Source: Trichosphaerium sp. ATCC 40318
Taxonomy: Eukaryota > Protista > Tubulinea
Assembly: GCA_038496445.1 (NCBI GenBank)
Contig: JALMLS010000056.1
Location: 341,243-405,242 of the forward strand
Length of the DNA stretch: 64,000 bases
Direction of reading: 5' to 3'
The notes beneath the pieces were generated by a model. It worked only from the letters and a program-made list of their open reading frames with translations, made no database searches and was not told where the DNA came from. The position numbers were made by a program, and so were the translations under genes. Positions 54,524 through 64,000 of this stretch are shown piece after piece; position 1 is the first letter of the stretch; each line of letters opens with the position of its first letter.

Positions 54524-57173
54524 TCATTTGTCGGTATTCCAAAAACTAATCAAACCATTAACCCTGGAAGACTTCCTCTTCATGCGTCCTCTAGGAGATT
54601 TTCCACCTTTGTCTTTGCTCTCTTTTGACACACCAGCATTGATCTTTGATCGCACTAAAATGAAACGAGTTAGAAATCAGTTCAATTTACTGTCATTAAT
54701 GTACATCTGTTGTCTCTGCTGTGCGATTTAGACCTCTCTCTCATTGGCCTAGGATTATCAATTTAGCATTACGTTATACTTGGGAAGGTATTTTTGATGT
54801 ACCTGCGCGGTATGTTTGTATTCTTTGTAGTCCCTGAGTTCGGTTTCTTTTCTTGCTTTGCTTTTGCCTCGATTTTCTTCTGGAACGCCATCGTCTCCAT
54901 CCTATCCTTTTCTCTTTGCTGTTGTGCTCTTATAGATTTCCTTGCAAGGGCTTCATTTTTTGCTTTTTGTTCAAGCCTGCGTTGTATGCGCTCCTGCTTC
55001 CTTTAAAAACAATTAAAAAATTATGTCAAGTTCCTTGTTTCTTACTTTTTTTCTTCTTTGGCCAGTTTCTCCCGTATTAACCTAACGCGCTCGTCCTCTT
55101 CAAGTGCCATTTTAGCCATAAGCTCACGCTCTTCTTTTTCAATTTGCTTGTCAATCAACTTTCGTTCTTCGTCTGTCAAGAGTGTCTTTGACTCCTTTAC
55201 ACTGTTTTTATCTATTTTTACAGATCGTCTCTTCAACCTCTTCTCTGATGCTTTCCTGTCGCCCATCCGCTTAATCTTCTTTTCTGAAACCTTCTTTGAC
55301 CCCAAACTCTTATCAGAAGATCGTTTCTGAGGGTTTTTCTCAACAAGGTTCTCACCAAGTTTCTTCTCCGAGAGCTTTTTATCTCCCATCTTCCTCTTTA
55401 GTTTTCTCTCTGATATTCTCTTTTCACCCATGTTTGGTGACTTTCTTTCCGATGTCAAAATTTTCTTATGTGATATCATCTTGAGGGAAGGTCTTCTTTC
55501 AATTTTGGCTTCATCATCTTCTTCTACAGTTATTGTCTCAATGACAGCTTGTTCTGATGTTTCTTCATCTTGTTCTTTTTCATCTTTTTCTTGTTCAGCT
55601 TTTTCAAGTTTCGCTTTGGACTTTCTCTGTCCTTCTATTACACTCTTTAAAGCAAATAGAGCATTTCGAGCATTCTCTATAATTTCTTCTTTACCACTAC
55701 CTTCGTCGGGATCTTCATTGTCGATAATTTGTTGTTGTTCTGCTTCTGTCAATGAACCCGTGTCGTTTTTCATCTTTTTGCGGAGTTCAGCGACAATAGC
55801 GTCATCAGGTTCTTGTGATTGCGTCAGTTGGTGTATAGACGTAGAGCAGCTTTTAAACAAGCCAACAACAGACTTTCTAGGCATCGCCTGGTATTTTGGA
55901 CTCTTGGATTTTGTGAGTTTTGCTCGAAGTTTTCTAATGGCTTCCTCCGATGGTGAATCGCTTTCACCTGATGGTTCAGGTTCAAAGTCAATTGCTGATG
56001 GTACTAAATCAGCAGTAGAAGGTAATGTGGAATCCGATTCAAATTCTTGAGCCTCTGTGAGTTGAATTTTCTTGGTGGAAGAAGTGGGTTCTTGGAATGT
56101 TATGGTTTCTTCGCTTGCATCTATTTCTTCAATGACTATCTCTTCTTCCTCTTGTTCGCTTGGCTCTTCGTTATCATACGTCTTTGGCTAAATATAATTT
56201 ATACAAGGCACTAACGGCATTCTAAACTTACTTGTGTGCGGCCATATGGACCTGCACCTTGGCCGACAAATCCTCCAAGGGGAATTCTGCCGCCTTTACT
56301 CAGCTTTCCAAAAATTGATTTAATTCTGTTTCCGACTTTTGGAGGACACGAAACCCCACGATTCCTTCTTGGTTGTCTTGTAGTGCGCGTAGGTTGTTTT
56401 GTAGGGCTGTGAGCAGGAGAGTCACGTTTTGTTGTCTCTTGAATATCGGTGTTGTTTAGTTTTTTATCTTCTTCTTTGCGTTGGTCACGTGACTTTGCTG
56501 GTAGGGCTTCTACTGGCTTTTCTGTTTCTATTTTTTTTTGTGCAGTTTTTAATCTCATAGCTTCTAGCGAAGTAGTTTTCATTGGCTGTTTTCTCACATG
56601 CGTCGATATGCGCCATGAGGGCAATGGCGGCTAGAAAATAAAAAACGTGAGCAATCTTTTTTTTTTGTTTGTTTTTGTTATTCAAAATTTATCACGTGTT
56701 CGGTTACCTCAGACTGGTTTCTCATTCCTCTGCGTGTAGGTAAACGACGGTGAGGCATTTTGGGTCTTTCTGCTGTTAAACAAGACAATCTGCGCTATGT
56801 TATCATTTACTCGCTACAAAAAACACGTGCCGTGGTCCGGAGTCGCGCAGCCGTAGTTCTTGCTCGTTATCAGCTCTCTTTTCAGCACGCCCTTCGGCCA
56901 AGATAACCTAAAGTTGTCAAACCTCCGAAACAATTATTGAAATGGTTATCTTACGCTTGGTGGCTTCTTTTCAACAATAATATCATTCGCATTCTGAAAT
57001 TATCTGTTTCAGCGCAAAAACATGAATAGAATTACTCTTTGATGTCGTACGCGATAGTGTTCGTCGCTCAACCTCTCTAGTATCTGAGTCTGGCCTTTGC
57101 GTAGGTCTTGTATATCAAGCTCAAATTTATTTAGCCTTTGCAGTATGGCGCGGCAAAGTTGTGCCGCATCCAT
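54524..57173 (-). CDS. Capping-protein-interaction (CPI) motif, Lys/Glu-rich coiled-coil protein, multi-intron
   Basis: Start MDAAQLCRAILQRL; exon at about 56735-56789 encodes LSCLTAERPKMPHRRLPT; long charged ORF 55042-55884; ends SSRVNGLISFWNTDK*. Confidence 0.7.
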
Positions 57174-57442
57174 GTTTCACGATTTTGTTTGTCTATTTTT
57201 TTGATTCGCGAAAATACGTCCAGTTTTCACGATATTTTTGTACTACAAAAAACCTGCCAGACCCCAAAAGCATATTGTCATCGTTGTACTTGTGTACCCT
57301 TTACCTTTCCGACATGTTAAAATCCATCTGGTGGGTTCCTTGAAGCTTCAGTGCACTGAAGCGTACTTTGATAGGGCTAAATGTACAACAAAAACAAGAT
57401 AAAACACACGTGCTGGTGTAGGAGAATGTTCATTTATTTTAT

Positions 57443-60368
57443 TTACCATAACTCCTCATCATCGCTCCAACCTCTTGTGAGTTGATCTCCAGATGCTCTG
57501 TGTACTTGAACAATGTACTCACTACGTTCATACATTGATTGTACAGCCTTAGATTTACCTCTTGTCAGAGTTTCTTCGATTTCGCCTTGGAAATAAAGTA
57601 GCTTTCCTTCAAGTTTTGATAGTTTTTCGCATAGTGCCATGTGATCTGTCATGCACTTTTTCAATTTCCTAAAAGCACATTTAGAAAACTGTTCAGGAGA
57701 TCACATTGACATACTGTAAGAGTTCGCCGCAGTTGTCAACCAGTACCATCTTTGTGGCGTGGCTGTCAAGCACCAATGAACACCATTTTATGAGCTAAAT
57801 TATTGAGTTAAAAACGAATATGTCAACCACAAATGCGTACTGCTTCCAATGATGGGACAACTGGCTTATCTTTTGCTTTTTTCAATGCCGCCTCAGAGAG
57901 GTCATAGTGATCGGTGAAGCAATACAAGAGTGCTTCCATGAGAAACTATAACAAACATTTAGTACGCGATTGTCTTGGTTCCAAAAAATTTGCTTTGATG
58001 TTTACCTCAACGTGCTCTATTGAAAGAGTGCGCAAGTGTCTCAGTAAAAAATGTTTGTTAAATCCTTGGCGTAGCACAGCGCATCTAAGCAAATATTTAG
58101 CAAACATAAACTAACGAGAAACGACGTACACTGCACTTGTACGAAGCTGTTTTAAGTTCGCTTTAGATCCAAGGTATGGCTTTAATGCTTTAGCTGGTGC
58201 AGTAATGAGATACTTAAGACTGGCGACCAAATCTTGTTCTTTTACATGCGTTGCTGCCATCAAGAAACACACGAGCTCTCCCTTGAGAAGTTATAAGCAA
58301 TGGTGGCTCTGGAATCACTCTAATGTACGACGTACAGCTCTTTTGTTTTCTATAAGAGTTGTAACCACATTGTCAACATCTCGTCCAAGTAATTGCATTT
58401 TAGGTAAAACTTGACCAAGTAACGTCCAACAATTTTTCTTGACACAACGCTCCAATAGGGCATTTATCATTGCTTGTGAGGGTTGAGGTAATGAACGCTA
58501 AACAATGTATTAGATCAAAAAACCTTTTTGTACAATCCTTCTGTTAATAAACGTTCTTACCTCTGTATTAGCTTCATCTGGTACAATTCTAATCAAAGAC
58601 TCTTTGGTGTAGTATGGCATATTCTCGTTACTAATTAGAGGAAGAACCATTGAATCATCTATCAGAGACAGAAAGTTAGAAATGAAACAATTAATCTACC
58701 CTTGGTACCTGCTTCAACGTCTTTTGGTGCACCATACACATCATTACATAGTGCTATTAGCTCCTTTGCTTGTAAAGACTTTTGTGTTGTGATCACTTTG
58801 AGTAGCTTTTGTTCCATCCTTGCCACAAGCGAAGGAGAGTTTTTAGGTTTCTTCCAAACATCATCCAGAGCGTCAGATATTTGCACATCTGTGAGGAGCA
58901 TCTCTCCTTCGCCAGTCTCCATTTGGTTATCCATAATACTCGATAGAGTCTCCGCAAGGTCAAGCTGGTTATAAAAAGGAGTTTCATCTTTTTTTTGGGA
59001 AGTGTCCTTTGTGTACGCTGACGTGTAGCGTTGAGTATCTATTACGTTTACCAAGCTGTTGTGTCTTTTTTCAATCTCCACTTTAGAAATAGCAATGGCG
59101 CTCTTCAAGCCAATACAAAGTGTGAATGTGTGAGGAATTGTACAAACGTCTACAACGCTTTGATTGTTTCGCTTCTTTACTTTTGAAAAATCAACACTAA
59201 TATTTCCAGTAACCAACGCATTTTCTGTATCCCAAAGGAGGATTGTGGCTATATATAACCGTGTTAAAAGAGACATAAGACATTGTCGGTTACTATGTAC
59301 CTTTTTGTTCTTTGTCTGAGGCAAAGGTCATAGCTGTTACATTCGGGCGCAACGATTTCAAAACCATATTTCTCTTTGGTGAGTATTTATCAATATCTAA
59401 TTTGGCTTCTGCCACCTTCTCCAAAGTGTATGGTTCTTCCATTATACGCACGCCACCATTAAAACTTTCAATAGATCCGTTTTTGTACAATACCATGACA
59501 TGAGTGGCTTTAGCATTCACAGAAATAGCTTTAACTGAGCCCTTCGTTTTTGGTTAAATTGGAGTAATCATAACTTTCCAAAACTTACTGTTAAAGGAAG
59601 CGTGTAAAATGCTGTCATCTGTTTTTGAGACTCAGAGCCGTGACTAATGTTGTAGTATGCTACGCCATAATCTCCATTGTTCAATTCCACGGCAAAAGCG
59701 ACATAGATGATTTTTTTTGTATACTTTGAAAAAACGTCACACGAAATGATGCGCTTGATGGATAGATGTTCGAGTTTCAATTGAACCATCGGTTCTGGGT
59801 TTTCTGCAGGGTTTCGTGTCTTTAACACGACGACAGTTCCGTTTTGAAGAACAACAGCAACAGCGTAATGCAGTGGCCATAGAGAATGGACCGGTGTGGA
59901 AAACTAATGGTTGTTAAATGCTTCCATACGCGCGAAATATCGCCCGCGGGCATTGTAGAGTGATATGTCAAAAAAACAAAAAAACAAAAAAAACGCGAAA
60001 TTACCTTGGCAGCTACTTTCTGCTTGGTTACATCCAAGTGGTCTTTGTCAAAATACAATACTTGTTTGCCTTTTACCAAGTACAAGCGAAGGCCGTCAAA
60101 AACTGCTGGAATGTTGTGATTATGCTTGAAATCCTCCCCAAATAGCAAACTGTGGCGACACTTGCTATCTACAACCTAAAAAGAAGTGTAAGCGCAAACA
60201 GAATAAAAAAATTGCGAATTGCTATAGAATCGCGTGTACATTGTAGATATGAACGCCCTGCTCCTTTGACGTTATAGTGACGTATTCTGTTGAAGTGACA
60301 ACAGGCGCTATGCCAATAATTTCGCCAACATCAAAGCTAGGATCTACAAATTCTCCAGTGTAATTCAT
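57443..60368 (-). CDS. NOL11: Nucleolar protein 11 / Utp8-like, multi-intron
   Basis: N-terminal IIGIA...YVTITSKEQGVHIYNVVDSK...PAVFD; C-terminal EQDLVASLKYL...FLLRHLRTL...VPSLEALIKWCSLVLDSH, matching the NOL11 layout. Confidence 0.7.
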
Positions 60369-60583
60369 AATTCGCCGCTGTCGGCCCTTTTCAGAAAAAT
60401 AACGAGCAAAAACAAAAAAAAAATCTGCGAGCAAAAAAAAAAACCAATCTAGTCGTGATGCGTCCTTTACCCCAAGTGTTATTAACTGCTAAACGAATAC
60501 TGCACTAGAACAGCTGCATCGCTAAGCGCATGAGCAAAAGGAATTAAAAAGCGCACTTACCTAAATTTAAGTAAAACAGAATC

Positions 60584-61691
60584 ATGGCTGGGAGTCCACG
60601 TAAGATTGTGCTTCTAGGTGACACCCAAGTGGGCAAAAGCGCAATCCTTGTGCGTACTGATTAAATCTTTTTGACCTCTCTAAAGAGGCGTTGAGGTAGT
60701 GGAAACGAAGCTATCGCACTGTCGTTAGTTGTAAATCCTGCTACCCTAATTTTAAACGAAGTTATAACTAACTAATAAATTAGAATCGTTACTTGTTCCA
60801 AACGTTCGATGAGAGTTATCAAGCTACAATAGGTATAGACTTTGTCCTGAAAATGGTGGATGTCAAAGATAAGTCGATACGCTTGCGTACGTTGCATCGA
60901 AATTTCAAACCACTGCATGCTTAAATAACGCCCAAATTTTAGATATATTCGACACTGCAGGCCAAGAACGGTAATGTTGCTTGTTTTTTTTCCTTTTTCG
61001 TATTGTATTGTCTGGATTGCACCTGACGCGCCCATAGGTTCCAGGCGTTACTGCCAACCTACGTCAGAAATTCTAGCGGTTGTATTATTATTTATGACGT
61101 CGCTCAAAGAGATACATTTGAGTCTGTACGGTTTTTTGAGTTGAACTTTCATGTCTTCAAGCCACAGTTTTTGTTGTTCCAACAAGCTGTACTAAAGAAC
61201 TTTGTAAAAACCCATGCTAACACGATCTTTAATAGTTAGACAAATGGGTGCAAATCATTAAGAAGGAGCAAGGTGATGATGCCATGATTTTACTTGTAGG
61301 AAACAAGATTGACAAGCACGAATACAGAGAAGGTAGACAGCATTATAGTTTACTTGTTTGAAGTATCAATTAATAATTTTTTTGTAATCTAATATGCTGC
61401 TATATAGTCACTACAGAGGAAGGTGAAGAACTTGCGCGGGGATATGGCTTCCCATTCATGGAGACCAGTGCGAAGGACGAGGTTAATGTTGTACATTTGT
61501 TTACCAAAATTGCTGGTTTAATTGCTGAGGGTGACCCTGATGCTGTAGAAGCTGATGTAGTGTCTCTTGAAGAAGGAGATGATGAGACAGGGGCCCTATT
61601 AACCGGAAAACCAACTCAACAACCTGAGATTAGAGAAGCACAATATGAACCTACTTGTGCATCTTGTACTTCCAGTTGTACTATTTCGTAA
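60584..61691 (+). CDS. Rab GTPase, divergent Rab6-like, multi-intron
   Basis: KIVLLGDTQVGKS, YQATIGIDF, DTAGQERFQALLPTYVRNS, LVGNKID and FMETSAK; C-terminus CASCTSSCTIS*. Confidence 0.92.
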
Positions 61692-61785
61692 AAAAAAAAA
61701 AAAGTAAAAAATATACTGCAGTTAGTTACTCAAGACTGTTTGATTTTATCACGTGATCGACCACTTGCACAATTTTTAATTATTT

Positions 61786-63892
61786 TTACTTTAGAGACTA
61801 TACAATTAATACAATCGACAATCAGTTTCACAGTAGGTCTGTGAGTTGTCGCACCTGCACCAAGCCATCTGATGCAAGTAGGAAAGTGTAAAACTTTTCT
61901 TCAATGGTCTTTGCAAGTTTCACTTGTTCTTCTCCTTTCATGCTTTGCGTGCCTTTAGTAACAGTTGCGCGCATTTTCTTGACCACCTCAGTTTTAGACT
62001 TCAAAGCAATACCATAAGAGCCTGGTAATAAAAATGGATTCGAGGTCGTTTCTCCTCTTAGAGAAAACGGCACCTTGAAGGAAAAAAGTCAACTGGTAGC
62101 ACCAATCTATGAGCTGGGCGCTCATAACCTTAAATGGTGTAGGTTAATATCATTAGTAAGTACATGTTCGTTATACGCACTCTGTGAGGTTGCTGTGCGT
62201 GATGTTGACAACGATGACGAGTCACTGTGATCAGAATTGCGCCTGGTCAGTACAGGTGTAACAGGTTGAGGTGCAGGAGGTTCTACTGGGTTGTAAAACA
62301 TTGGATCTTTCCACCTGTAAGTATGGCGTATTGTGTTCAGTTTAGTAGTTTTTAAATGATGCCCTAGAGAGGCATAGTAAGTGTTGTAAGGAGCAAACTT
62401 TATGTTTTGACATGCTCCCACAATCACTATCCGGTGCCTACACGCTACATGTAGCGTCAAATCAGTGCAATTGCTATTGTTGGTATTAATAATTTGTGCA
62501 AGTAACGTAATAAGGTTACTAGCATACCTGATCTGTATGGCGTTTGCAGCAACAATAATCGTACAGTTGTGTACGTCATCTATCCGTAGGATATTACCAA
62601 CAGCACCTAAAACCAAGGTACTGTTTTGTATAGCTCTGATAGTTCCATAGCGAGTGGCACAGAGATGGTAAATGTAAGCATTAGTGCAATCGTGAATATA
62701 AAATTGAGACACAACAATAGGTTTAACTCGGGCTGCAAGTAGCTGTCAGTCTCATTTAATAATGAAGTCTAGGTGTACGCACGTGAAATTGCAGGAGATT
62801 TCTTTGAACTCTTCGAATTGCGTTTTTCATTGTTGAGTAAGAGTCAGTGTATAGTCTGGTTTTGCTGTTTACACTGGAAATATTCACATTCAGTATTTTT
62901 TTTAACGGTTTAGGCGCAACTGGTTCGATTTTTGTACGAATAATATCCTACGCGCTATAAATTTGGATATAGTAAAGAGTTACTGGGCGTTGTACCTGAG
63001 CTTCCTGGACAGAAATTTCGTCATTTTCAAACAGTCTGAATTTTTTTCTCTAGCACTGCATCAAGATCTAAAACCACCGAAATTGCTCGCGCTGCTTCAA
63101 GTGTATCTGATATCTTAGCGTCGTCCGTTGAAATCAGTTCTATAATTTTGTTCATATTATTAAATACAAACGCTGTGGCCGTTTTGGCAGATAACTGGCC
63201 GCGCGTAAGGCGATCCCTTGTTGGGTTTACATTTATGCCAAAATGTTTGAGTGAAGGGTAATTCTAAATCATTAGTGTGAGCGTCCACAATAGACATATC
63301 CGATTGAAAGAGATTTTGCCCAAAAAAAAAAAAAACAATTCAAAATGCAAAGGAGCAAAGAGTTAACCTCTGTGATGTATTTTTGATTTTCCATTCGTAG
63401 GCCAAGTTGTTGTAGGAAAAGATACACGATAAAGGGGTAAAACTCAACACTACTGTTGTCTTCTTTGTCTGAGTGCGTGCACAGCAATAGATAAACACTA
63501 CAGAACCTATCTAATGGCGTGTTAGAGCCAAATAAAAAGCATACACATTGCGGTTACCAAAGTAAATCTTAGCGACATTGGCATCTACACCGATACCCTG
63601 AGCGATAGCTTCCCACTCAGCTGGCCTACAACACAAAATTAATGAGTTTCCGGAATAACAACTTAGTAAAAGCCCAAAACCAGCAATACCGTAAGTACGA
63701 TCTATTGGCCTTTCTTTTGACCGATTGAATGTGCCGTTCGTACTGCAAACGTATAGATTGCGCCTGTCTGTAGTTCTTTATACATTCCCGGAGCTTTGCG
63801 AACGTAAAACGCGTCTCTATGTGCGGGAAATACAGAAGAGCAGCTATTTCGCGTCGAATCGCTATTTTTTGGAGTTTGGTACCACTTGACAT
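61786..63892 (-). CDS. TBCC domain-containing protein (TBCCD1-like), multi-intron
   Basis: FYIHDCTNAYIY...IQNSTLVLGAVGNILRIDDVHNCTIIVAANAIQI...IKFAPYNTYYASL beta-helix; C-terminal PFSLRGETTSNPFLLP. Confidence 0.85.
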
Positions 63893-64000
63893 TTGGTAGC
63901 AACCGCTAACGGGCGAACTTCATCATTTGGGTGTAGCAAAATTTTCACGAAAAAAGCATAGCAAACAAAGGCGAGTTAAGCCACACCCTGTCACTCACAG

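Noticed and set aside
55058-56050. Ser/Phe-rich plus-strand ORFs (also 13404-13853, 44610-44978, 37619-37933)
   Set aside because: Antisense shadows of Lys/Glu-rich genes on the opposite strand.

Overview
This is eukaryotic (protist-like) genomic DNA, gene-dense, using the standard genetic code, with many short spliceosomal introns (mostly about 40-90 nt). The six-frame ORF track therefore fragments most genes; I spliced them by eye, so exon edges are approximate. Housekeeping-type genes include a Sec7-PH ARF-GEF, a PX-C2-arrestin, NFXL1, KIN17, SPT16, a NOL11-like gene, a Rab6-like GTPase, a TBCCD1-like gene, an SMYD-Tudor protein, a JmjC protein, a cupin and an isochorismatase. Accessory genes include intronless F-box/LRR and F-box-like/MORN-variant genes, a Crinkler-type PD-(D/E)XK nuclease-kinase fusion and a bacterial-type DUF4397 membrane protein. 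The stand-out is an apparently intact 7,318-bp DNA transposon at 9180-16497. It has 54-bp imperfect terminal inverted repeats starting GGACATGCACGGG and a 3-bp AAA target-site duplication. It encodes an intron-containing PIF/Harbinger/IS5-like DDE transposase and four further intron-containing genes: one Myb/SANT-like and three I cannot assign. It also holds a central array built from phased 11-bp quasi-palindromes alternating with a 78-bp conserved block. Across the window, 5' splice sites are dominated by GTACG, and GC-AG (GCACG) introns are frequent.
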